From Wigglesworthia glossinidia endosymbiont of Glossina brevipalpis (GTDB taxonomy: Bacteria > Pseudomonadota > Gammaproteobacteria > Enterobacterales > Enterobacteriaceae), in the NCBI GenBank assembly GCA_000008885.1, contig BA000021.3, positions 240,001 to 272,000 of the forward strand: a DNA stretch of 32,000 bases, in the 5' to 3' direction. Position numbers and translations under genes: made by a program. Shown piece after piece: positions 21,130-31,317 of the stretch (the first letter of the stretch is position 1; every line of letters starts with the position of its first letter). The notes beneath the pieces were generated by a model that worked only from the letters and a program-made list of their open reading frames with translations, was not told the DNA's origin and made no database searches.

Positions 21130-21157
21130 CTTTTTCGAGCCTTTATTATCTATAATT

Positions 21158-23275
21158 TTAATTATTTTTATTAAAAAATTTTTTATTTTTGTTTTTATCT
21201 GTTCCTGTAAAACTTAGTCTTATTCTTCCATATCTATCAATTTCTATAACTTTTACGGAAATTATTTGACCAATTTTAAAATTGTTATTTATATCGCTAA
21301 ATTTTTTATAAGGAATTTTGGATACATGTATTAATCCTTCTTTATTGTTTATTAAACATGCAAATATTCCAAATTCAGAAATACGAGTGATTTTGGCAAC
21401 ATAAATTTTATTAATTTTTATTTCATGAGTTATATCTTTTATTTTTTTTAATGCACATTGCGCATTTTTTATATCAGTAGAAATTACTTTTACTGTTCCA
21501 TCATCTTCTATCTCTATAGAAGATTTTGTTTTTTCAGTTAACATTCTTATTACGGAACCACCTTTTCCAATAACATCTTTTATTTTTTCTGGATTGATTT
21601 TAATTTTATATATTCTTGGCGCAAATATTGAAATTTCGTTTTTTGGTTTTTTTATTACTTTGTCCATTTCATTCAATATATTGATTCTTGCATTTTTTGC
21701 TTTATCTAATGATACTTGTAATATTTCTGATGTAATTCCTTCTATTTTTATATCCATTTGTAAAGCAGTAACTCCTTCTCTTGTTCCCATTACCTTAAAA
21801 TCCATATCTCCCAAATAATCTTCATCTCCTAATATATCAGTTAAAACAACAAATTTATCTTTTTCTTTAATCAAACCCATTGCTATTCCTGCAACAGATG
21901 AAGAAATAGGAACGCCTGCATCCATAAGAGATAAAGAAGCTCCGCACACAGATGCCATGGAAGAAGATCCATTAGATTCTGTAATCTCTGAAACTATTCT
22001 AATAGTATATGGAAATTTATCTATGTCTGGCATAACAGCCAACATTCCTCTTTTTGCTAATTTTCCATGTCCTATTTCTCTTCTTTTTGGAGAACTTATA
22101 ATTCCTACCTCACCTACACAATAAGGGGGGAAATTATAATGAAATAAAAATCTATCTATCTTATCTCCTACAAGATCATCTATGTTTTGTGCGTCTCTTT
22201 CTGTTCCTAAAGTAGTTGTTACAAGAGCTTGTGTTTCTCCTCTAGTAAATAACGATGAACCATGAGTTCTTGGAAGAATGCCAAGATGGATATCTAAATT
22301 ACGTACCATATCTTCTGTACGTCCATCAATTCTTGGTTTTCCTGATATTATTCTATTTCTTACAATTTTTCGTTCTATATTTTGTATAATATATAATATT
22401 TCTTCTTCATTTGTATTATTATTATTTATAAAATTATTTAAAATATCATTTTTAATATTTTCAATTTTTTCTAATCTTTTTTTCTTTTCTGGTATTTTGT
22501 AAGAATCTTTTATTCTATCAAAAAATAAATCTTCTATTACAAATTGAATATCATTGTTATTTAATGATTTCAAATCATATTCTAAATTTTCTTTTTTAAA
22601 TTTCTTTTTTAATTTATCAATATTTTCAATTACTATTTTATTTTGTTCATTACCAAATAAAATTGCTTCTAAAATATTTTTTTCTTGTAGAATATTTGAA
22701 GATGATTCAACCATTAATACTGCATTAGAAGAGCCAGATACTATCATGTCCAATTTACTATCAATTAATTCTGATGTAGTTGGGTTTAAAATATATTTGT
22801 TATCTATATAACCTATTCTAGATGATCCTATTGGACATTTAAAAGGTAATCCAGATAAACTCAAAGCAGCAGAAGCTCCTATTATAGATACTATGTCCGG
22901 ATTAACTTGTGGATTAACAGACATTACTGTTGCTATAATTTGAATATCATTAAAAAAATTTTTTGGAAACAACGGTCTAACAGAACGATCTATTAATCTA
23001 GAAACTAATACTTCATTTTCATTTGGCCTGCCCTCTCTTCTAAAAAATCCTCCAGGAAATCTTCCTATTGAATATGTCCTTTCTTGATAATTCACTGTGA
23101 GGGGAAAAAATTTTTGTCCTAATTTTTCTTTCTTATCAGCTACTACAGTAACAAAAACTGAAGTATCGTCCATTCTAACCATTACTGCAGATGTTGCTTG
23201 ACGAGCAATCATTCCGGTTTCAATAGTAACAATATTTTTTCCATATTGAAACTTTTGAATAGTAGCTTTTAACAA
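21158..23275 (-). CDS. pnp: Polyribonucleotide nucleotidyltransferase (PNPase)
   Basis: 705-aa ORF; two RNase PH domains ('[15 protein letters not shown]'), KH domain ('[16 protein letters not shown]') and S1 domain ('[15 protein letters not shown]'). Confidence 0.98.
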   Translation of the reverse strand: MLKATIQKFQYGKNIVTIETGMIARQATSAVMVRMDDTSVFVTVVADKKEKLGQKFFPLTVNYQERTYSIGRFPGGFFRREGRPNENEVLVSRLIDRSVRPLFPKNFFNDIQIIATVMSVNPQVNPDIVSIIGASAALSLSGLPFKCPIGSSRIGYIDNKYILNPTTSELIDSKLDMIVSGSSNAVLMVESSSNILQEKNILEAILFGNEQNKIVIENIDKLKKKFKKENLEYDLKSLNNNDIQFVIEDLFFDRIKDSYKIPEKKKRLEKIENIKNDILNNFINNNNTNEEEILYIIQNIERKIVRNRIISGKPRIDGRTEDMVRNLDIHLGILPRTHGSSLFTRGETQALVTTTLGTERDAQNIDDLVGDKIDRFLFHYNFPPYCVGEVGIISSPKRREIGHGKLAKRGMLAVMPDIDKFPYTIRIVSEITESNGSSSMASVCGASLSLMDAGVPISSSVAGIAMGLIKEKDKFVVLTDILGDEDYLGDMDFKVMGTREGVTALQMDIKIEGITSEILQVSLDKAKNARINILNEMDKVIKKPKNEISIFAPRIYKIKINPEKIKDVIGKGGSVIRMLTEKTKSSIEIEDDGTVKVISTDIKNAQCALKKIKDITHEIKINKIYVAKITRISEFGIFACLINNKEGLIHVSKIPYKKFSDINNNFKIGQIISVKVIEIDRYGRIRLSFTGTDKNKNKKFFNKNN

Positions 23276-23371
23276 AATTATTTTCCTTTTTTATTAAAAA
23301 TATTACTTAATTTGTAATTTGTTTTTTGTAAAACAATGTATATTTATTTGAACAAAAAGTAAAATTATTAA

Positions 23372-23641
23372 TTAATTTCTTAAGTTTAATTTTTTTATTA
23401 GATCAAAATAACGCATTTTATTTTTTCTTTTTAAGTAATTTAATATTTTTCTTCTTCTAGATACTTTTTTCAATAAACCTCTTCTGCTATGAAGATCATT
23501 TTTATTTTCCAAAAAATGTTTTTGTAAACTTTTAATTTTTTCTGTCAAAAGAGTTATTTGTTTTTCAGAATCTTCTTTTATATTAAGAGTATGTAAAGTT
23601 TCTTTATAAGATTTATTTTTTTTTTTTAAATTTTGAGACAT
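23372..23641 (-). CDS. rpsO: 30S ribosomal protein S15
   Basis: 89-aa ORF; '[46 protein letters not shown]'. Confidence 0.97.
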
Positions 23642-23705
23642 TAAAACATCCTGAATTTATTTTATAAAATTTATTATTTTTTTACAAATCAACAAGTTAA
23701 TTGTT

Positions 23706-23734
23706 AGTCTACTCCGAGTTTGATTTAATCGCAA
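23706..23734 (-). promoter_or_regulatory. Candidate sigma70-type promoter upstream of rpsO-pnp
   Basis: On the minus strand, TTGCGA (23734..23729), a 17-nt spacer, then TAGACT (23711..23706), in an unusually GC-containing patch of the truB-rpsO intergenic region. Confidence 0.4.
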
Positions 23735-23761
23735 GAAAATTATAATTATAAAATAAATTAT

Positions 23762-24682
23762 TTATTTAATTAATTTAATAGAATTAGCTCGTCCATATTT
23801 ATTAATATCTATAATTCCAACAAACTTTTTTGTATCTTTTGATATAATTTTAAATAAATTATTTTTTTTTATTTTCCAAAAATTTAATTTTATACCATTT
23901 CTTAATCTATTTATTATATCATCATTAACAACAATAATAGGTAATTTTTTAAATATAGATTCAATTGGAAGTAAACATTCATCTAATTTTTTTAAATCAT
24001 TAAATTTTTTTTTTATGTTATATAATTTATTAGAATCAATCATATGTGATTCTTTATAATTAAATAATTTTGTTCTTCTTAATTTTACTATATGAGCCCC
24101 ACAAAACAATTTTTCTCCTATATCATCAACTATACTCCTAACATAAGTTCCTTTAGAACATTTAATTGTTAAAGAAAAATATTTTTTTGAAAAACTCAAT
24201 AATTTTATATAATGTACGTACACTTTTCTTTTTTCTCTTGGTATATAAATTCCTTGTCTAGCATATTTATAAAGAGGTTTTCCTAGGTGTTTTAATGAAG
24301 AAAACATTGGAGGCTTTTGATATATTTCTCCTTGAAATTCTGATAATATTTTTTCTATATTAAGTTTTTTTATGTTTAAAATTGGCCTTATACATATTAT
24401 TTTTCCAAAAGAATCTAAAGTATTAGTTTTTTCTCCTAATTTTGCTTTTATTTTGTACCATTTATTAGTGTTTAACAAATAATCAGAAAATTTTGTTGCA
24501 TCTCCGAAAAATATAGGAAGCATTCCGGATGCTATAGGATCTAATGTGCCAATGTATCCTGCTTTTTTTGCTTTAAATAATTTTTTTATTTTTTGTAAAA
24601 TCAAGTTAGAAGATAAACCTATTGGTTTGTCTAATAAAAGTATTCCATTTATATTTCTTAAGTAATCTTCTTTTATAATCAC
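23762..24682 (-). CDS. truB: tRNA pseudouridine(55) synthase TruB, probable GTG start
   Basis: 'NINGILLLDKPIGLSSN', catalytic 'GTLDPIASGMLPIFFGDATKFSDYLL'. The ATG-initiated ORF (start 24745) adds an unmatched leader overlapping rbfA. An in-frame GTG at 24682 gives VIIKEDYLRNINGILLLDKP, similar in length to E. coli [20 protein letters not shown]. Confidence 0.88.
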   Translation of the reverse strand: MIIKEDYLRNINGILLLDKPIGLSSNLILQKIKKLFKAKKAGYIGTLDPIASGMLPIFFGDATKFSDYLLNTNKWYKIKAKLGEKTNTLDSFGKIICIRPILNIKKLNIEKILSEFQGEIYQKPPMFSSLKHLGKPLYKYARQGIYIPREKRKVYVHYIKLLSFSKKYFSLTIKCSKGTYVRSIVDDIGEKLFCGAHIVKLRRTKLFNYKESHMIDSNKLYNIKKKFNDLKKLDECLLPIESIFKKLPIIVVNDDIINRLRNGIKLNFWKIKKNNLFKIISKDTKKFVGIIDINKYGRANSIKLIK

Positions 24683-24695
24683 AGAATATAATAAA

Positions 24696-25073
24696 TCATA
24701 TAGATTTTTTTGAAATTTTAACAATATTATTATTAAATAAATCATCTATATTTCTTCCTTTTATTAATGAATAATCATAAATAAAAGTTAATTTTGGAAT
24801 TATCCTTAATCTCATTGTTTTATTTAATATCTTTCTTATAAAGAAAGAAGCTTTGTTTAATATAAACAAACCAGATTTAATTTGTTGTTTTGTGTTTTTA
24901 TTTAAAAAAGTCACAAATATTTTTGCATGAGAAAAATCTGATGATAAATCTACCCCTGATACAGTTGATATACCTATCCTGGGATCATTAATTTTTTGTT
25001 GCAAAATAAGAGCAATTTTTCTTTGTATTTCTTTAGAAATTTTAAATTTTCTATTATTTTCTCTTGAATGCAT
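24696..25073 (-). CDS. rbfA: Ribosome-binding factor A (slightly shortened C-terminus)
   Basis: 125-aa ORF; 'RKFKISKEIQRKIALILQQKINDPRIGISTVSGVDLSSDFSHAKIFVTFL', 'MRLRIIPKLTFIYD'. Confidence 0.95.
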   Translation of the reverse strand: MHSRENNRKFKISKEIQRKIALILQQKINDPRIGISTVSGVDLSSDFSHAKIFVTFLNKNTKQQIKSGLFILNKASFFIRKILNKTMRLRIIPKLTFIYDYSLIKGRNIDDLFNNNIVKISKKSI

Positions 25074-25135
25074 TTTATACCTTTTAGAATAAAAATAATT
25101 TTATAAATTATAATATATTTAAATTTATTTTATAT

Positions 25136-27661
25136 TTATATTTTTTTATTTAATTCTTCTAGCTCTAAAATTTCTATAATATCTAATGGTTTAATATCAT
25201 TAAAATTTTTTATTACAATTCCACACTCTGTTCCTGATTTGACTTCATTTACATCTTCTTTAAATCTTCTCAAAGAAATAATTTTACTTTCATGAACAAA
25301 AGATTTATTTCTTAAAATCTTAGCAATACTATTCTTTTTTACAATTCCTTCTTTTACTATACATCCAGCAATAGAACCAAGCTTTGGAAGTTGAAAAATA
25401 TTTTTTACTATTAAAATTCCTATAATCTTCTTGTTGTATTTTGTATTACAAGACAAATATATTTTTTGTTTTACAAAGTCAACTATTTCATAAATAATAG
25501 AGCAACATTTAATGTTTAATCCTATAGATTCTGTATTTTTAATATTAGAAAAATCAGGCTTTACATTAAAACCTATTATTATTGCATTCGAAGATGTTGC
25601 TAATGCTACATCTGTTTCTGTTATAGGACCTACTCCTGAATAAATAATATTTATTTTTATTTCTTCATTAGATAAAAGTATTAAAGCATTTGAAATTGCC
25701 TGAGAAGAACCATGTGCATCTGATTTTAAAACTATGTTTATATTTTTTTTTGTACTTAAATTTAAATTAGAAAAAACATTTTCTATTTTTATTTTCTTAT
25801 TTATTCTTAACTTGCTTTCTCTTAATTTGTTTTGCCTATAAATAGCAACTTCTCTAGCTTTTTTTTCTTCTTTAACTACAGTAATTTTATCTCCTGATAT
25901 AGGTATTCCTGAAAGACCAAGTATTTCTACTGGAATAGAAGGACCTACTGATTTAATTTTACATTTAAAAGAATCTTGCATTGCTTTTATTTTTCCATAT
26001 TCGCATCCGCACAGAACTACATCTCCTTGATGTAATCTTCCTTCTTGTATTAAAATAGTAGATACTGGGCCCTTGCCCTTTTCTAATCTAGATTCAATAA
26101 CAGTACCGCTAGCCATACCTTTATGCATCGCTTTTAGCTCTAAAATTTCTGCTTGCAAAAGTATAGCATCCAATAAAAAATCAATTCCTAACCCAGACTT
26201 TGCAGAAATTAATAAACATTGAGTATCTCCTCCATATTCTTCTAAAAAGATTCCATGTTTAATTAGTTCTTTTTTTACTTTTTCTGGATTAGATGTAATT
26301 TTATCTATTTTATTTATTGCTATAATAACAGGTACTTTTGCAATTTTAGCATGATTAATAGCTTCTACTGTTTGAGGCATTATACTGTCATCTGCAGCTA
26401 TTACTATAACTATAATATCAGTTATTTTAGATCCTCTAATACGCATTTCTGTAAATGCCGCATGACCTGGAGTATCAATAAAAGTTATTATTCCTTTTTT
26501 TGTTTTTACGTAATAAGCTCCAATGCATTGAGTTATTCCACCTTTTTCTTTTAGAGCAACTTTCGTTGTTCTAATATAATCTAATAATGATGTTTTACCA
26601 TGATCTACATGACCCATTATAGTTACTACTGGCGCTCTATTTTTTAGTTCATATAAGTTTTTATTTTGATTTTTTATTATTTCTTCTTCTAATGCATTGT
26701 TTTTGATTAATTTAACTTTATGACCCATTTCTTCTGCTATTATTTGAGCAATATCTTGATCTATAACCTCATTAATAGAAGATTTTATTCCTAATTTCAT
26801 CATGTTAGAAACAACTTTGTGGCTTTTAACTGCCATTTTGTTTGATAATTCAAATACTGAAATAGTTTCTCCTATTGTAATTTCTTTGATTATTTTTTTT
26901 AAAGGTTTATTAAATGTGTGAGTTAAAGAAGAAATTTTTTTTCTAATATTTGTTTTTTTATCTATATTATTGTTAAAAAAATTTGTCTCTGAACCAAATA
27001 AACGATTGCTTTTTATTTTTTTAAATATATTTTCATTTTTATTTTTAACTTTATAATTTATTTCTATTTTTTTATTTTTTTCTTTTTTATTTAATTTATT
27101 TTTTTTTAAATTTTGTTTAAATTCATTTTTTTTATAAATATTTAAATTTTTATTTATTTTTACATTTTTTTTGATTAAATTTTTAGAAATTTTTAATTTA
27201 CTTTTATCTAAAATTGGTTCTTTAATTAATTTTTTTTCAAAATTTATTTCCCTTTCATTTATATTTTTTGAAAGCTCAACATATTTCTTTGTTTTATTTA
27301 AATCTTTTATGTTTTTTTTACAAAAAGTTTTATCAATGTTATTTTTAACTATTTTATCTTTAAATAAAAGAGAAGAATCACATTTTAAATATTTTTTTTT
27401 CCTTACTTCTATTTTTACAATTTTATTTTTTCCATTTAATGAAGAAATATTTAATTTGCTTTTTGTCTTTTTTTGCAAACTTAAATTTTTTGGTAAATTA
27501 ACATGATGACTGTTTATGTATGAAAGTAATATTTTTTTTTCTTCTAAACTTACATAATCTATGTTAGTTTTCGTTATTCCAGCATCAGCAAATTTTTGTA
27601 TTAATTTATTAATAGGTATTTTTATTTCTTCAGAAAAAGATTTTATGGTCACATTTTTCAT
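25136..27661 (-). CDS. infB: Translation initiation factor IF-2
   Basis: 841-aa ORF; IF2 N-domain at the start, Lys/Asn-rich linker, G-domain 'VTIMGHVDHGKTSLLDYIR', 'DTPGHAAF', 'INKIDK', then the C-terminal domains. Confidence 0.98.
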   Translation of the reverse strand: MKNVTIKSFSEEIKIPINKLIQKFADAGITKTNIDYVSLEEKKILLSYINSHHVNLPKNLSLQKKTKSKLNISSLNGKNKIVKIEVRKKKYLKCDSSLLFKDKIVKNNIDKTFCKKNIKDLNKTKKYVELSKNINEREINFEKKLIKEPILDKSKLKISKNLIKKNVKINKNLNIYKKNEFKQNLKKNKLNKKEKNKKIEINYKVKNKNENIFKKIKSNRLFGSETNFFNNNIDKKTNIRKKISSLTHTFNKPLKKIIKEITIGETISVFELSNKMAVKSHKVVSNMMKLGIKSSINEVIDQDIAQIIAEEMGHKVKLIKNNALEEEIIKNQNKNLYELKNRAPVVTIMGHVDHGKTSLLDYIRTTKVALKEKGGITQCIGAYYVKTKKGIITFIDTPGHAAFTEMRIRGSKITDIIVIVIAADDSIMPQTVEAINHAKIAKVPVIIAINKIDKITSNPEKVKKELIKHGIFLEEYGGDTQCLLISAKSGLGIDFLLDAILLQAEILELKAMHKGMASGTVIESRLEKGKGPVSTILIQEGRLHQGDVVLCGCEYGKIKAMQDSFKCKIKSVGPSIPVEILGLSGIPISGDKITVVKEEKKAREVAIYRQNKLRESKLRINKKIKIENVFSNLNLSTKKNINIVLKSDAHGSSQAISNALILLSNEEIKINIIYSGVGPITETDVALATSSNAIIIGFNVKPDFSNIKNTESIGLNIKCCSIIYEIVDFVKQKIYLSCNTKYNKKIIGILIVKNIFQLPKLGSIAGCIVKEGIVKKNSIAKILRNKSFVHESKIISLRRFKEDVNEVKSGTECGIVIKNFNDIKPLDIIEILELEELNKKI

Positions 27662-27683
27662 TATGTTTTTCTCATAAATTAAA

Positions 27684-29168
27684 TTATGTGTTATTATTAA
27701 ACCAACATATATTCCTTGCGGCCATAATTAATTCACCGGCTTTTTTATTGCTTAAGTCTTTAATATCAGATATATCATCAATTCCTTGTTCTGCTAAATC
27801 CTCTAATGTAAATATTCCTTTTTCTGCAAATTTATAAGCTATATTAGAATTTACTCCAGATAGTTTTATTAATTTTTCATCTAACGATGTTAACTCTTTT
27901 TCTTCTTTCATCAAAGCAATTTTTGTTAATGCATATTGTGCTTGTTCTTTTAACAATTTTGCGGTTTTTTCGTTTAAAATATCTATGGATAATAATTCAT
28001 TAATTGGAATGTAAGCAATATCTTCTATTTTAGAAAAACCTTCTTTTACTAAATTTTTTGCTAACTCTTGATTAATATTTAGATGTTCTAAAAATAAATT
28101 CATTGAATTTTCTTCTTCAGCTTTATTTTTATTTTTTAAATCTTTTTCTGTCATAACATTTAACTCCCAACCGCTTAGTTGAGAAGCAAGTCTGATGTTC
28201 TGACCATTCTTACCAATAGCTTGAGCTAAATTTTCACTATTAACTGCAATATCCATTGTATGATTATCTTCATCTATTACAATTGAAGTAACATCTGCAG
28301 GAGACATAGCATTAATTACAAATTGAGCTGGATTTTCATCCCATAAAACTATATCTATTCTTTCTCCTCCTAATTCTCTAGATACAGCTTGAACTCTAGC
28401 TCCTCTCATTCCTACGCAAGCCCCAATTGGATCTATTCTTTTATCGTTAGTTTGAACTGCTATTTTAGATCTTAAACCAGGATCTCTAGCAGTAGCTTTT
28501 ATATTAATAACTTCTTCTCCTATTTCTGGAACTTCTATTCTAAACAATTCAATTAACATTTCTTTTTTAGATCTACTTATAAACAACTGAGCTCCTTTAG
28601 ATTCTGGATTAATATAATAAAGAACACCTCTAACTCTATCTCCTGGTCTAAAATATTCTTTTGGCAACATATCTTCTTTATTTATCACTGCCTCTGCATG
28701 ACTTCCTAGATCTAAACTAACTCCGTCTCTATTTAATTTTTTTACTATTCCTGTAATAATTTCTCCTTTGCGCTCTTTAAATTTATTTACTATCATAGAT
28801 CTTTCTGCTTCTCTTACTTTTTGTACGATAACTTGTTTTGCAGTTTGTGTAGTTATTCTATCAAATAGAACTGATTTTATTTTATCCTCAATGTACTCTT
28901 TTAGTTTAGCTTCTGGATTTTCTATTTTTGCTGCTTCTAAAGTAATCTCTTTAGTTGGTTGTGTCACTTCATCTACTATCATCCATCGTCTAAAAGTTCC
29001 AAATGATCCTGATTTTCTATCAATGCTAATTCTTACATCAATATCTTTCTCATGTTTTTTTTTTGTAGCAGCAGCTAAAGCTTTCTCTAAAGCTTCAAAA
29101 ATCTTTTCTCTTGGAAGAGCTTTTTCATTTGAAACAGCTTCTACTACAGCTAAAATTTCTTTATTCAT
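27684..29168 (-). CDS. nusA: Transcription termination/antitermination factor NusA
   Basis: 494-aa ORF; S1 and KH domains ('[27 protein letters not shown]', '[21 protein letters not shown]') and C-terminal repeats ending '[15 protein letters not shown]'. Confidence 0.98.
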   Translation of the reverse strand: MNKEILAVVEAVSNEKALPREKIFEALEKALAAATKKKHEKDIDVRISIDRKSGSFGTFRRWMIVDEVTQPTKEITLEAAKIENPEAKLKEYIEDKIKSVLFDRITTQTAKQVIVQKVREAERSMIVNKFKERKGEIITGIVKKLNRDGVSLDLGSHAEAVINKEDMLPKEYFRPGDRVRGVLYYINPESKGAQLFISRSKKEMLIELFRIEVPEIGEEVINIKATARDPGLRSKIAVQTNDKRIDPIGACVGMRGARVQAVSRELGGERIDIVLWDENPAQFVINAMSPADVTSIVIDEDNHTMDIAVNSENLAQAIGKNGQNIRLASQLSGWELNVMTEKDLKNKNKAEEENSMNLFLEHLNINQELAKNLVKEGFSKIEDIAYIPINELLSIDILNEKTAKLLKEQAQYALTKIALMKEEKELTSLDEKLIKLSGVNSNIAYKFAEKGIFTLEDLAEQGIDDISDIKDLSNKKAGELIMAARNICWFNNNT

Positions 29169-29340
29169 TTATCGATTTTTTTAATAAATTAAATTGTTAA
29201 AAATAAAAAAATTATTTCATTTTATAGTAAAAATGAAATCAATAAATTAATTATAATTTAATACTTAAATAACTAATTCTTAAAAAAATTTTTACATTTA
29301 ACAAGCATTGAATAATTTGATATAAATTAATTATTTAAAT

Positions 29341-29417
<77 letters not shown>

Positions 29418-29423
29418 ATTTAT

Positions 29424-29452
29424 AATATAAGATAAAAAATTCAAAAAATCAA
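29424..29452 (-). promoter_or_regulatory. Candidate sigma70-type promoter for tRNA-fMet / nusA transcript
   Basis: On the minus strand, TTGATT (29452..29447), a 17-nt spacer, then TATATT (29429..29424), ending 6 nt before the mature tRNA 5' end. Low specificity in AT-rich DNA. Confidence 0.35.
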
Positions 29453-29471
29453 GTTGATTTTGCTTAAAAAG

Positions 29472-29555
29472 TGCCGAGAGCGGGACTTGAACCCGCATAC
29501 CTTTTACGGTATTACCACCTCAAAGTAACGTGTATACCAATTTCACCATCTCGGC
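29472..29555 (-). tRNA. leuU: tRNA-Leu (GAG), 84 nt without encoded CCA
   Basis: Reverse complement GCCGAGATGGTGAAATTGGTATACACGTTACTTTGAGGTGGTAATACCGTAAAAGGTATGCGGGTTCAAGTCCCGCTCTCGGCA. 7-bp acceptor stem, long variable arm, anticodon GAG. It is next to secG, as leuU is. Confidence 0.95.
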
Positions 29556-29575
29556 ATTTAAAATATTAAATAATT

Positions 29576-29917
29576 TTATTTTTTATTTTTATCTGAAAAA
29601 TTAAATTTTTTTTCAAATTCGCTATCTTTTTTGATGTCATTCTTATGAATTTCGCTTGAAAGCAAATATTCCCATTTTTTATCTTTATCGTTATTGTTGT
29701 TTATATTTCCTAATATCAAACTAAATACAAAAAATAAAACAGCAAAAATACTTGTAAGTTTTTTTGAAAAACTGTTGGAAGTAGATTGACCAAAAATACT
29801 TCCAGAGAATGGATTATAAGAAGAATACAATTCATATACTTTTTCATCTTGAATTATTACTAAAAAAATTAGCCCGCAAGATATTAACAAAAAAATAATT
29901 AAAAAAATAAAATACAT
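29576..29917 (-). CDS. secG: Protein translocase subunit SecG
   Basis: 113-aa ORF with two TM segments; 'GLIFLVIIQDEK', 'GSIFGQSTSNSFSKKLTSIFAVLFF'. Located between tRNA-Leu and glmM. Confidence 0.93.
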   Translation of the reverse strand: MYFIFLIIFLLISCGLIFLVIIQDEKVYELYSSYNPFSGSIFGQSTSNSFSKKLTSIFAVLFFVFSLILGNINNNNDKDKKWEYLLSSEIHKNDIKKDSEFEKKFNFSDKNKK

Positions 29918-29976
29918 ATTATTTCCTAATAAAATTAATTAATTAAAAACTCTTATTACATATATATAAATAAGAT

Positions 29977-31317
29977 TTATATAACTGACTTTACTGCATT
30001 TGCTATATTATAAGCTAGCTTGATTATTTTATTTTCTTCTTTACCTTCTACCATTATTCTTATCAAAGGTTCTGTTCCAGATTTTCTTAATAATATTCTT
30101 CCATTACCATCTAAATTTTTTTTAGATATTTCAATAATTTTTTTTACTATATTTGATTCTAAAGGATTATTTTCTTTATCTATTTGAACATTAATTAAAA
30201 TTTGGGGAAATAAATTTATTCCATTGCAAAGATTTTTCAATGTTGTATTGTTCTTTGCTATAATTGATAAAATTTGCAATCCTGCTATTATTCCGTCTCC
30301 AGTAGATGTATGATCTAACAAAATTACATGACCTGAATTTTCAGCTCCTATTTTCCATCCTTGTTTTTCTAGTTCGTTTAATACGTATCTATCTCCAATT
30401 CTAGACCTGATGAAAGGTACCTCTAATTTTTTTAGAGCTATTTCTAGTCCCATATTGCTCATTAGAGTTCCAACTACACCTCCATTTAATTTTTTATTTT
30501 TTAATTTATCACAAGCTATAATATATAAAATTTGATCACCATTAACAATATTTCCAAGATGATCTATCATAATAATTCTATCTCCATCTCCATCATATGC
30601 TATTCCTAAATGAGCTTTATTTTGTAAAACTTTTTTTCTTAAAAGTGATATATTTGTTGTTCCACATTTATAATTTATATTTTTTCCGTTTGGATTACAT
30701 CCTAATTTAAAAACATTTGCTCCAAGATTTTTTAACAAAACAGGTGCTATTTGATATGTAGATCCATTAGCACAATCTACAACAATATTTAACCCTTTTA
30801 AATTTATATTATTTGATACTGTAGATCTACAAAATTTAATGTATTGATTTATTAAATTTACTTTCTGATATTTATTTTTACAATATATATTTTTTTTTAA
30901 AATTGTTAATTTAGATAATTTGATTTCTATATCATTTTCTAATTTATCTGATAACTTTTTTCCATTTACAGAGAATATTTTAATTCCATTATCAGAACAT
31001 AAATTATGTGATGCAGAAACTGATATACCTGCGTCTGCTTTTAAATAAGATGTTAAATAAGAAATTGCTGGAGTAGGAATAGATCCAATCAATAAAGACG
31101 AAAGACCAGAACATGATAGACCATATGCTAGTGTAGACTCTAGTATAAATCCAGATTGTCTAGTGTCATTTCCTATTAATACTTTATTAAAAGAATTTTC
31201 TTTATATAATAAATTTCCAATTACAAAACCTAACTTAAAAAAAAATTCTGGAGTGATTGGGTTTTTACCAACTTTCCCTCTTATTCCATCTGTTCCAAAA
31301 TATTTATTATTTTCCAT
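29977..31317 (-). CDS. glmM: Phosphoglucosamine mutase
   Basis: 446-aa ORF; '[12 protein letters not shown]', phosphoserine loop 'VSASHN', metal loop 'DGDGDRIIM', '[15 protein letters not shown]'. Confidence 0.97.
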
